This document shows positions 17,806 through 26,546 of a stretch of 32,000 bases of DNA, piece by piece (the first letter of the stretch is position 1; each line of letters begins with the position of its first letter). The stretch covers positions 123,489-155,488 of the forward strand of contig NZ_QLME01000002.1 of assembly GCF_003259895.1 (NCBI RefSeq), read 5' to 3'. The position numbers and the translations under genes are program-made. The notes beneath the pieces are model-generated. The model did not search any database and was not told where the DNA came from. It was given only the letters and a program-made list of their open reading frames with translations. Origin of the DNA: Halanaerobium saccharolyticum. Its GTDB lineage: Bacteria; Bacillota; Halanaerobiia; Halanaerobiales; Halanaerobiaceae.

Positions 17806-17955
17806 ATGATAATCCAATTAAGTGTTTTATTTTTAATGACAGTAATTTTAGCTGCAGGAACTTCTCTCAGACGATTTGCAGTAGAGGGACATGGATGCAA
17901 AGAGTGTGGCTGTGGCAGTGATAACTGCTGTGGAGAAGAGAAAAAAGAAGAATAA
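17806..17955 (+). CDS. Second small Cys-rich membrane protein (49 aa, absent from ORF track)
   Basis: MIIQLSVLFLMTVILAAGTSLRRFAVEGHGCKECGCGSDNCCGEEKKEE*; AAAGGAAG RBS; TM helix plus CxxCxC...CC tail. Confidence 0.75.
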   Translation: MIIQLSVLFLMTVILAAGTSLRRFAVEGHGCKECGCGSDNCCGEEKKEE

Positions 17956-17976
17956 ATATATTTTTTATTTTTGATT

Positions 17977-17998
17977 GATAATGAGAATTGTTTTCATT
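17977..17998 (+). promoter_or_regulatory. Fur-like operator
   Basis: GATAATGAGAATTGTTTTCATT; 15 of the first 19 bases match the classical GATAATGATAATCATTATC consensus. Confidence 0.6.
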
Positions 17999-18020
17999 TA
18001 ATAATAAGGAGGAGAGTAGA

Positions 18021-18311
18021 ATGTCTTTAATGATAGTTGGAGCAGATAATTTAGGATCGATTAGAGATAATGTCAGAGATTTAGGCTTTGAAGAGGTTAC
18101 CCACCTTAGTGGAAGAAAAAAAGCTAAGTTTCGAAATTTTGAAATCCCGGCTGATACAGACTTTGTGCTGGTGATGACCGATTACATAAATCACGCAGTA
18201 ATGCGAAAAGTTAAAAATGCAGCCAAAGAGAGTGGGGTCAGCGTTATTTATGCCCGCCGCAGCTGGTCTGCTATTTATAAAAAGCTGGAAAGAAGAGCAA
18301 TTTGTGTATAA
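18021..18311 (+). CDS. DUF2325 family protein; start refined from 17988 to the ATG at 18021
   Basis: MSLMIVGADNLGSIRDNVRDLGFEEVTHLSGRK...VLVMTDYINHAVMRKVKNAAKESGVSVIYARRS; AAGGAGGAG RBS just upstream of 18021. Confidence 0.85.
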   Translation: MSLMIVGADNLGSIRDNVRDLGFEEVTHLSGRKKAKFRNFEIPADTDFVLVMTDYINHAVMRKVKNAAKESGVSVIYARRSWSAIYKKLERRAICV

Positions 18312-18382
18312 AATAGTGCAGATATATTCTAATGAAAATACAGTTGTAAATTTATAAAACTAAATCAGAAAGGAAGATTATA

Positions 18383-18877
18383 ATGAGTAAAATTGGAGTC
18401 TTTTATGGTAGTACTACAGGAGATACTGAGGAATTGGTTATGAGTCTGGCAGCAGAATTTAAAGATTATGATATTGATATTTATAATGTTAATTCAGCTG
18501 CTAAAGAAGATCTTGAAAGTTATGATAATTTGATTTTTGCTTCTTCAACCTGGGGTTTTGGTGAACTTCAGGATGACTGGGCAGATTTTGTAGATGTAGT
18601 TAAAGAGGTAGACTTAAGTAGTAAAAAAGTTGCCTTTATTGGTACGGGAGATCAGGATATGTATCCGGATACCTTTATAGATGCTATTGGAATCATTTAT
18701 GAAGCAGTAAAAGATAGTGGTGCAGAATTTGTGGGTCAATATCCTGTTGAGAGTTATGACTTTAACGACTCAAGAGCAGTAGTAGATGGGAAATTAATAG
18801 GTTTAGCAATAGATAACACAAATCAGGAAGAATTAACTGCTGAAAGACTTAGTGAGTGGAGTTCGGATTTATTCTAA
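18383..18877 (+). CDS. Flavodoxin
   Basis: IGVFYGSTTGDTEELV FMN-phosphate loop, ASSTWGFGELQDDW and GTGDQDMYPDTF motifs. Confidence 0.95.
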   Translation: MSKIGVFYGSTTGDTEELVMSLAAEFKDYDIDIYNVNSAAKEDLESYDNLIFASSTWGFGELQDDWADFVDVVKEVDLSSKKVAFIGTGDQDMYPDTFIDAIGIIYEAVKDSGAEFVGQYPVESYDFNDSRAVVDGKLIGLAIDNTNQEELTAERLSEWSSDLF

Positions 18878-19006
18878 CTTTATTATTTTGGTGATCAGAA
18901 CTGTGTCGATGTAATTAAGGAAATTGATAAAAATAATCTAAAAGACTATACAGATGAGGAAGCTTTTATGCTGGGAATAATGCTTGGTTATGATAGATTA
19001 AAATAG
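18878..19006 (+). pseudogene. Likely DUF2023-type C-terminal remnant, in frame after the flavodoxin stop
   Basis: Open frame LYYFGDQNCVDVIKEIDKNNLKDYTDEEAFMLGIMLGYDRLK* with no start codon or N-terminal half. Family assignment is from memory. Confidence 0.45.
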
Positions 19007-19048
19007 TGTGAACGTTACTTAAAAAGAAAAGATGAGAAAAGTGAAATA

Positions 19049-19089
19049 AAAACCGGATTCCTGGTTAAGATTAGAGGGAATCCGGTTTT
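19049..19089. terminator. Bidirectional intrinsic terminator between convergent flavodoxin and cstA genes
   Basis: Perfect 13-bp stem AAAACCGGATTCC/GGAATCCGGTTTT with T-rich tracts on both strands. Confidence 0.85.
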
Positions 19090-19176
19090 ATTATCTAATA
19101 AATATTTTTTATTTTACTGAACAGAATTCAATTCCAACATTTTCCAAGTACCCGGTACCAGTTATACCAGTTATAT

Positions 19177-20616
19177 TTACACTGCCTGTTCCTGAACCAT
19201 AACTTCTTCCTCAAAGTGAGTGCTGTTAATCTTGGCAATATAGATTCCCATAGTTATAACTGCGATAATAATTCCTGCAGTTACTGAGAAGGTATAAGGT
19301 AATTGGAAACCTTCTGGTGCATAAAGGATATAAGTAGAAGAAACACCGGTCATAAAGAAGGCTGGAATTGAAGCAATCCAGTGATTTTTACCGTGTTTGG
19401 CAAGCCAGACTGCACCGGCCCATAAAACAACCATGGCCACTGTCTGATTTGACCAGGCAAAATAGCGCCATAAAGCATCAAAGTTAATCTGAGATAGGGC
19501 TCCACCAACAATAAAAATTGGAACAGCCAGCATTAGTCTATTTTTAATTGATTTCTGCTCTAAACCGAAGATATCAGATAAAGTTAAACGCACACTTCTA
19601 AAAGCAGTATCTCCGGAAGTGATTGGAGCCGCAATTACACCTAACATTGCCAGAACTCCACCAACTGCTCCCATCATTGTACCTGTAATCTCGTGGACGA
19701 CACCCGCCGGTCCACCAAGTGAGCTCAGTGCACCATTTAAACCGCCAGTTCCCTGGAAGAATGTCATAGCTGCAGCTGCCCAGATTAAAGCAACAATACC
19801 TTCAGCTACCATTGCACCATAGAAAATTTTACGTCCTTCTTTTTCATTGGTTGTACAGCGGGCCATAATAGGTGACTGGGTTGAGTGGAAACCACTGATT
19901 GCACCACAGGCGATTGTTACAAATAATAAAGGCCACATTGGTAATTCACCGGGGTGCAGATTGTTTAAAGCAATATTTGGAATATTGTAATCTCCAAAAA
20001 TCAATCCTCCACCAACACCTAAGGCCATAATTAAAAGTGCTCCGCCAAAGATTGGATATAATTTACCGATTATTTGATCGACTGGTAAGAAAGTAGCAAT
20101 AAAATAGTAGCCCAGAATAATAATTAACCAGATATTAACTCCCATAAAGCCTGGTGTCAAGTTAGCCAGCAGCATAGCAGGGCCAGTCATAAAAACAGTA
20201 CCCACTAAAACTAAAAGCACAATACTAAATACTCTCATAATCTGTCTGATGGTTCCACCAAGATTTTCTCCGATAATCTCAGAGATAGAAGCTCCTCCAG
20301 AGCGGATAGAAAGCATTCCGGAAAGATAATCGTGGACACCACCGGCAAAAATTGTACCAAGAACTATCCAGAGAAAAGCACTTGGTCCCCATAAAGCACC
20401 GGCGATTGCACCAAAAATAGGTCCTAAACCGGCAATGTTCAAAAACTGGATTAAAAATGCTTTTTTCCAGTCCATTGCTATGTAGTCCACCCCGTCTTCC
20501 ATCGAAATTGCAGGAGTTTCCCGTTCAAACTCTGAATCAAAAATTTTGTCCACAATTTTTCCATAAGTAAAATAACCAATAATTAATACAGCTAAAGAAA
20601 TAAGAAAAGATGTCAT
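19177..20616 (-). CDS. cstA: Carbon starvation protein CstA family transporter
   Basis: AIAGALWGPSAFLWIVLGTIFAGGVHDYLSGMLSIRSGGASI, SGFHSTQSPIMARC and GVIAAPITSGDTAFRSVRL. Confidence 0.93.
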   Translation of the reverse strand: MTSFLISLAVLIIGYFTYGKIVDKIFDSEFERETPAISMEDGVDYIAMDWKKAFLIQFLNIAGLGPIFGAIAGALWGPSAFLWIVLGTIFAGGVHDYLSGMLSIRSGGASISEIIGENLGGTIRQIMRVFSIVLLVLVGTVFMTGPAMLLANLTPGFMGVNIWLIIILGYYFIATFLPVDQIIGKLYPIFGGALLIMALGVGGGLIFGDYNIPNIALNNLHPGELPMWPLLFVTIACGAISGFHSTQSPIMARCTTNEKEGRKIFYGAMVAEGIVALIWAAAAMTFFQGTGGLNGALSSLGGPAGVVHEITGTMMGAVGGVLAMLGVIAAPITSGDTAFRSVRLTLSDIFGLEQKSIKNRLMLAVPIFIVGGALSQINFDALWRYFAWSNQTVAMVVLWAGAVWLAKHGKNHWIASIPAFFMTGVSSTYILYAPEGFQLPYTFSVTAGIIIAVITMGIYIAKINSTHFEEEVMVQEQAV

Positions 20617-20722
20617 TAAATATAACCCCCTAATAAATTTTTATTACAATTTAATTATACATGTATTCAGAGGTTATCAAAGGATTTTTAACTGAATTGT
20701 AAAAATATTATACTCAATTGCA

Positions 20723-21490
20723 TTATTTGAGATTTAAGAGTTTATTTATCTGGTCAACCCTTAAACGACTGACCGGAATTTTATGTTCCGAAAAATCTTC
20801 CATTAACACCTGATATTTACCTTTAAACCAGGGGATAACTGCTTTAATATGTCTCAAATTAACAATATAGCTTTTATGAATCCGAAAAAATTGTTCGGGC
20901 AGCATCTTTTCTAATTCCTTAAGCTGAAACTGAGTCATATAAGATTTTTTGTGGCAGTGAGCCCAGACCTTCTTTTCTTTTGTGGAAAAATAGTAAATAT
21001 CCTCAAAATTGAGCATCAGATAATAATCTTTTTCCATCACTGCAATTTTATTTAGGCATTCTTTTTGCTTTGAACTATTGAGATTTGCAAATAAATTTTC
21101 CAGCTGCTGATTAAAATCAGGGCTCTTTTTGATTTCTTTTTTTGCCCGTTCTAAACTTTCTTCCAGGCGCTGGTCACTGATTGGTTTTAATAAATAATCA
21201 ACAGCAGAAAGCCGAAAAGCCTCTACAGCATATTCATCATAGGCGGTAGTGAAAATAATATAGGGAGCAGTTTTTTGCTGTTTTAAAATCCGGGCTATTT
21301 CGATTCCGCTTTTACCCGGGATCTGAATATCTAAAAAAAGCAAGTCAATTTTATTTTTCTGTAAAAATTCAAACGCCTTTTTGCCATCTGCTATTTCGTA
21401 AAGAACTTCAAAGTCGGGATCTTCTTCAATTAGAAATTTCAATTCATCTCTGGCCAATTTTTCATCTTCGACAATCATTGTTTTGATCAT
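20723..21490 (-). CDS. LytTR-family response regulator
   Basis: REC domain (VEDEKLARDELKFL...LLFLDIQIPGKSGIEIA) and a C-terminal LytTR domain (FFRIHKSYIVNLRHIKAV). Confidence 0.94.
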   Translation of the reverse strand: MIKTMIVEDEKLARDELKFLIEEDPDFEVLYEIADGKKAFEFLQKNKIDLLFLDIQIPGKSGIEIARILKQQKTAPYIIFTTAYDEYAVEAFRLSAVDYLLKPISDQRLEESLERAKKEIKKSPDFNQQLENLFANLNSSKQKECLNKIAVMEKDYYLMLNFEDIYYFSTKEKKVWAHCHKKSYMTQFQLKELEKMLPEQFFRIHKSYIVNLRHIKAVIPWFKGKYQVLMEDFSEHKIPVSRLRVDQINKLLNLK

Positions 21491-23196
21491 CAGTTTGCTT
21501 TTCTCCTTTCAAAAAGAAACTCGGAGGGAATGCTGATTATATTTTGAGTACCCTTACCGGCAGCAGATTTAATTTTGAAGTCTGCATTACTGCCGTAAAC
21601 AGAATGTAATCTCTCTTTTATATTATTGATTCCTATGCGATCATTATTTCCATTTTCAATCTCAGCAATTTTTGCTTCAGTTATTCCCGGCCCATTATCT
21701 TCAATACTGATCTGGAGCTGATCACCTGTTTTTTGAGCACTGACAATAATCTGGCCTCCTTTTTCCTGAGGGTAAATTCCATGTTTAATAGAATTTTCAA
21801 CTAAAGGTTGAATAATAAATGGTGGAATAATAGTATCTTTTAATTCAGTTGGGATTTTCCATTTAACCTGCAGTCTTTTGTCCAGTCTTGCTTTTTCAAT
21901 ACTTAAATAATCCTGACAGAATTCAATTTCTTCCCCTAAAGTTATTTGATAAACATTTCTTTTTAGAGTTCGGCGGAAGATTCCTGCCAGTTTTATCAGC
22001 AGTTCCCGGGCCTGCCCGGGCTGAGTTCTGCAGGAAGCAGCAATTGCATTAAGTGAGTTGAAAAGAAAATGTGGATTAACCTGAGCCTGGAGAGCTTTTA
22101 ATTCAGCTTCACTCTTAAGTTCAGCCTGTTTTGATAATTTGGCCAGCTTAATTTGAGTTGCCAGCAGGTTGGAAATTCCTTCTGCAAGTTTAATATCCAG
22201 CACAGTTATTTTTTGATTACAGCGATATAATTTGAGCAGTCCATAAACACTATTTTCAATTTTCAAAGGAGTAATTACAGCATCAGTTAACTGACATCCT
22301 TGATGATTACAGTTAATTTCCTTTTTATTATCAATCAGGATAGATTTTTTTTCCTCGATGGCTCGGCGGCTGGCTTCAGTTTTGATTTCTTCACCAGCAA
22401 GATGATGATCTTCTCCGGTACCGGTAAAAGCAAGAACCGTTTCTTTATTAGTTATGGAAACAGAATCAACCTGACTTTCCTTTTTGATCATCTTAATAAT
22501 CTCTGCAGCAGCTTCCTGGTCAAGCCCATCTTGTAATAGCGGTAAGGAGCGGTCAGCTATAGAAAGTACTTTTTCTGCCTGTAAAGCTCTAATTTTTTGA
22601 TTATCTTCCTTAACTTTATTCAAAATGCTGATAAAAATTGCTATCCCCAGACTGTTGCTTAAAATCATTGGGATGGCAATGATTTTAACTAATTCTACTG
22701 CCTGTGCCAGAGGGCGGCTGAAAAGAACCACGATGATCATTTCCACAGTTAAGGCAAAAACTCCAATTAAAAATCCATTTTTAAAATCCATCTCATTATT
22801 GCGGTACTTTTTATAAAAAAGCCCCCCAATTAGTCCACTGCTTGTTGTACCTATGGCACAGGCTAAAGCTGTAAAACCACCCAGAGAAAAACGGTGGAGA
22901 CCTGCAATCAAACCAGCTGTAAGTCCGACAAGCGGGCCACCTAAAATTCCTCCCATCAGTGCACCGATAGCTCTAATATTGGCATAGGCATCCATAATAA
23001 AAATTCCCAGAAATGTTCCCAGAATTGATAAGATTGCAAAAAAGATAGTTAAAAATATTTTTTCATATCTATTAAAATTATCAGCAAAAATGTGCTTTAC
23101 ACTACTGAGACGACTTAAAATATATGCAAAAGTTACTATCACACTCATACTTTTAAAAAGGGTAAATAATAATTCGAAAATTCTACTGTTATACAT
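21490..23196 (-). CDS. LytS-type sensor histidine kinase (5TM-LYT sensor, GAF-like region, His_kinase)
   Basis: QAQVNPHFLFNSLNAIAASCR; VQPLVENSIKHG; N-terminal transmembrane bundle GALMGGILGGPLVGLTAGLIAGLHR. Confidence 0.94.
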   Translation of the reverse strand: MYNSRIFELLFTLFKSMSVIVTFAYILSRLSSVKHIFADNFNRYEKIFLTIFFAILSILGTFLGIFIMDAYANIRAIGALMGGILGGPLVGLTAGLIAGLHRFSLGGFTALACAIGTTSSGLIGGLFYKKYRNNEMDFKNGFLIGVFALTVEMIIVVLFSRPLAQAVELVKIIAIPMILSNSLGIAIFISILNKVKEDNQKIRALQAEKVLSIADRSLPLLQDGLDQEAAAEIIKMIKKESQVDSVSITNKETVLAFTGTGEDHHLAGEEIKTEASRRAIEEKKSILIDNKKEINCNHQGCQLTDAVITPLKIENSVYGLLKLYRCNQKITVLDIKLAEGISNLLATQIKLAKLSKQAELKSEAELKALQAQVNPHFLFNSLNAIAASCRTQPGQARELLIKLAGIFRRTLKRNVYQITLGEEIEFCQDYLSIEKARLDKRLQVKWKIPTELKDTIIPPFIIQPLVENSIKHGIYPQEKGGQIIVSAQKTGDQLQISIEDNGPGITEAKIAEIENGNNDRIGINNIKERLHSVYGSNADFKIKSAAGKGTQNIISIPSEFLFERRKAN

Positions 23197-23267
23197 AATC
23201 CTCTCCTTTAAAAGTCATAATCTACTCCTAAATTAATAATACTACAATAGATTTGTTTAATCAAATT

Positions 23268-23314
23268 TGGTGCCTGGCACTAGAAAACGATTTAAGTACC
23301 TGGTACCTACTGGT
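23268..23314. repeat. REP-like dispersed repeat, copy D (TGGTGCCTGGCACTAGAAAACGATTTAAGTACCTGGTACCTAC)
   Basis: Aligns over almost its whole length with the repeat at 31-76, including the AAAACGATTT core. Confidence 0.75.
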
Positions 23315-23420
23315 GATTGCTATTATTTAACTGAATTGATATACTAAAAGATATAGAATAAAACATGCGTTATCAGCCGGGAAAAAATATCGATTAATTT
23401 AAATATAGGAGAGAACAGCA

Positions 23421-25262
23421 GTGCTCAAAATAGTGATTATTATAAATGATCTAATAGAAAAAAACAAAATGAAATCTCACCTTAATCGAGCAAAAAGAAA
23501 AATTGCTGATTTTGATTTTGAACTGGTTAAAGAATTTGATAATAACCGCCAGGCAGTTAATTATCTTTATCAAAATTCCGATGTAGATATAATAATAGTT
23601 GAAAATGCAATGGGTAAAGTGTTTTCTGGACTGGATTTAGTAATGCTGGCAGAAAAAGAATTTCCCCGCTCAAGTTTAATCCTTTTAAATGAGCCTGGTA
23701 GTGAGCTTGAACTTGATTCTAGAAATGTCAGCAATCTGACTGCCATTTTAAATAAGAGGGAAAGTTATTCTACTTTCAGTAATCTGCTATTATTGACTAT
23801 TTTGAAGCAGAAACGCAAAAATGAAGAATCCAGAAAAAGAGAAAAAAAGTTGAATGATTATCGGACAATTATTGATCACACTCATGATGCAATTTTTTTG
23901 CTGGCAGTAGATTGTGACGAAAATTTTTACTATAAGAGAATTAATGCTACTCATCAGCGTTTAACAGCCCTGAGCAATGCCGAAATTCAGGGAAAAAGGA
24001 CTGCTGAAATTTTTGGCGAAGAAGTTGCAGAAAAATTGGAGAAAAACTACCTCAGATGTCTAAGAAAAAAAGAGCGAATTAATTATACGGAGAAATTGAA
24101 ATTTCCTGCTGGGCAAAAGTACTGGCAGACAACATTATACCCGGTTGTTCGAAATGGCAGAGTCGAAGAAATTGTTGGAGCTTCCTATGATATAACTGAT
24201 ATGGAGGCTAAACAGCAGCGGTTAGATTATATTAAAAGACACGATAGACTGACCGGGCTTTACAATAAAGAATACTTCAACCAATTATTTACTGAGCTTA
24301 ATCAAAATCAAAAAGATGATCTGTCTTTAATACTGCTCAATGTTGAAAATTTTCAGCTGCTAAATAAGTTTTTTAGTTATCAAAAAGGAGATCAAATTTT
24401 AAAAGAAATTGCCTCTGTTCTGGCTCAAATTTCGAACCACAATAAAGTTGCAGCCCATCTCTGTGCAGATCATTTTGCTGTAATTTTAAAAAACCAGAGC
24501 AGTTTAGAAGTAGAAAGAACCCTTAATTTTATTAAAAAAGAAATTGCTCAAATTAATATTAAGGGAATTTATATAGATATCGCTGCAGTCTCTCTAAATA
24601 AAGTAAATAATAAAATAAGCAGTCATGATTTCTTTAATGATGGGGTTTCAAAAATAAATTTTCATAGATATAAATCAAGTCAGGATAGCAGTTTCTACTG
24701 CTCATTAATGAAGTATCTCGAGGAAAATAATGATAATGAATTAAGGCAGTATGAAGAGCTTGTTAAAATAACCAAAAAAGCTGCTGCTTATTTTGAATTA
24801 AATGAAAAAGAAAAAGATAAGCTGCTGCATCTGGCCAGACACCATGATCTGGGTAAATTAGCACTGGATAAAAACATTCTCAAAAAGGGAGATAGTTTAA
24901 CAGCAGAAGAGTGGCACGAATATCAAAAACATGTGTTGATCTCTGCTAATTTTGCTGCTTCTTATCAGGATCTGGCGGGAATTTGTGATCTCATTTATTC
25001 TCACCATGAACATTTTGACGGCAGCGGCTGGCCCGAAGGACTAAAAGGGGAAAAGATTCCATATTTAAGCAGGCTTTTTGCAGTCATTAATTTTTACAGT
25101 AAACTTAAATCAAATCTATTTTTTTCTTTTTCCAGAGATAAGTATTATTTTGGAGCCCTGGCAGAGAAAGAAATAGTTAGAGAATTCAATCACTATCGGA
25201 AAAAAGTTTTTGATCCGCAAATTGTGGATAAATTTTTATCTTTTCTTAAAATTAAAAGTTAA
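23421..25262 (+). CDS. Signalling protein: receiver-like N-terminus, PAS, degenerate GGDEF, HD-GYP-like domain
   Basis: RHDRLTGLYNKEYF; ADHFAVIL in place of GGDEF; ARHHDLGKLALDKNILKKGDSLTAEEWHEYQKHV and HHEHFDGSGWPEGLKGEKIP. Confidence 0.88.
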   Translation: MLKIVIIINDLIEKNKMKSHLNRAKRKIADFDFELVKEFDNNRQAVNYLYQNSDVDIIIVENAMGKVFSGLDLVMLAEKEFPRSSLILLNEPGSELELDSRNVSNLTAILNKRESYSTFSNLLLLTILKQKRKNEESRKREKKLNDYRTIIDHTHDAIFLLAVDCDENFYYKRINATHQRLTALSNAEIQGKRTAEIFGEEVAEKLEKNYLRCLRKKERINYTEKLKFPAGQKYWQTTLYPVVRNGRVEEIVGASYDITDMEAKQQRLDYIKRHDRLTGLYNKEYFNQLFTELNQNQKDDLSLILLNVENFQLLNKFFSYQKGDQILKEIASVLAQISNHNKVAAHLCADHFAVILKNQSSLEVERTLNFIKKEIAQINIKGIYIDIAAVSLNKVNNKISSHDFFNDGVSKINFHRYKSSQDSSFYCSLMKYLEENNDNELRQYEELVKITKKAAAYFELNEKEKDKLLHLARHHDLGKLALDKNILKKGDSLTAEEWHEYQKHVLISANFAASYQDLAGICDLIYSHHEHFDGSGWPEGLKGEKIPYLSRLFAVINFYSKLKSNLFFSFSRDKYYFGALAEKEIVREFNHYRKKVFDPQIVDKFLSFLKIKS

Positions 25263-25405
25263 GTGGATAAGTAGATTTAATTCGATAGTTATCCACAAGT
25301 TACTCACAAAACAGGTGTTTTATCCACAGTTGTTAACAATTAATCAACAAAAATTGTGGATTAAAACCCATAGTTACCAACAAGTTATCCACAAAATGTG
25401 GATAT
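25223..25405. promoter_or_regulatory. DnaA-box cluster (oriC-like or DnaA-titration/regulatory site)
   Basis: Perfect TTATCCACA at 25289-25297(+), 25320-25328(+), 25385-25393(+) and 25223-25231(-). One-mismatch boxes at 25262-25270(-), 25355-25363(-) and 25397-25405(-). AT-rich tract follows to about 25470. Confidence 0.7.
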
Positions 25406-25496
25406 TAAAAATAATTACTAATTAAAATAAGTTTAAAAAATTATTTTTCTGAGCAAAAATGTTTAAAAACAGATATTTTGATGAAGGAGGGACGGA

Positions 25497-26546
25497 ATGA
25501 GAAAATTTTCGCGAGTTAAGTCAAGTGAAATCGGGCATACTCCTGGAACTTTACACGGGATTGAGACAGAAGTAGATGCCGAAATTGAATTAATACAGTT
25601 TAATGAAAATTTTGTTGAGAAAAAAACTGTGGAAGATTTTTCTTTAGAATTACTGGAAGCAGATTATGTCAACTGGATTAATATTACCGGAATTCACGAC
25701 GTGGAATTGGTTAAAGAGGTTGGAAAATCAATTGATTTACATCCTCTTACTTTAGAAGATATTACAAATACCCGCCAGCGTCCTAAAAAGGAAGAGTTTG
25801 AGGACTACATTATTACAATCCTGGATATGCTGAGCTATCAGGGAGAATACATTCAGTCAGAACAGGTGAGTTTAATTTTGCTGGAGAATACAGTTATTAC
25901 TTTTCAGGAAGCCCGGGGTGATGACTTTAATCCGGTTCGAGTCAGAATTGAGGAAAATAAGGGACAGATTAGAAAAAAGAAAGCTGATTATTTATTTTAT
26001 GCCTTACTGGATTCAATAGTAGATAATTATTTTCACATTTTAGAAAGGAACGAAGAGGTTTTAGAGGAGCTGGATGATTTAGTTGTTGCAGCTAAAACAG
26101 GGCCTGATACTTTAGAGACTATTCAGGATTTAAAACAGGAAGTAGTTTTTTTGCGCAAGACTATCTGGCCTTTAAATACAATTTTTGGCAACCTTTATCG
26201 GGTAGAATCACCACTGGTAAAAAAAGAAACAGATTATTATCTGCGTGATGTTTATGATCATATTGGACAGCTGATGGATGAGATTGACGTCAGCCGGGAC
26301 ATGCTGTCAAGTATGCTGGATATTTATCTTTCCAATAAGAGCAACAAGATGAACGAAGTAATGCAGTTTTTAACAGTTATCTCTACCATTTTTATCCCCC
26401 TGACTTTTATTGCCGGAGTTTATGGAATGAATTTTGCCTATATGCCGGAGTTAGAACATGAACTTGCCTATCCTGCTGTAATGTTTTTGATGCTGGTGAT
26501 TGCTGTAATCCAATTAATTTATTTTAAGAGAAAAAAATGGTTCTAG
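25497..26546 (+). CDS. corA: CorA-family Mg2+/Co2+ transporter
   Basis: C-terminal FIPLTFIAGVYGMNFAYMPELE with the GMN motif and two TM helices. Confidence 0.96.
   Translation: MRKFSRVKSSEIGHTPGTLHGIETEVDAEIELIQFNENFVEKKTVEDFSLELLEADYVNWINITGIHDVELVKEVGKSIDLHPLTLEDITNTRQRPKKEEFEDYIITILDMLSYQGEYIQSEQVSLILLENTVITFQEARGDDFNPVRVRIEENKGQIRKKKADYLFYALLDSIVDNYFHILERNEEVLEELDDLVVAAKTGPDTLETIQDLKQEVVFLRKTIWPLNTIFGNLYRVESPLVKKETDYYLRDVYDHIGQLMDEIDVSRDMLSSMLDIYLSNKSNKMNEVMQFLTVISTIFIPLTFIAGVYGMNFAYMPELEHELAYPAVMFLMLVIAVIQLIYFKRKKWF

Noticed and set aside
17574-17900. Minus-strand ORF of 108 aa across the feo small-gene region
   Set aside because: It reads through the palindrome and opposite two plausible Cys-rich peptide genes. 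The translation looks random and is rich in Ile/Thr.
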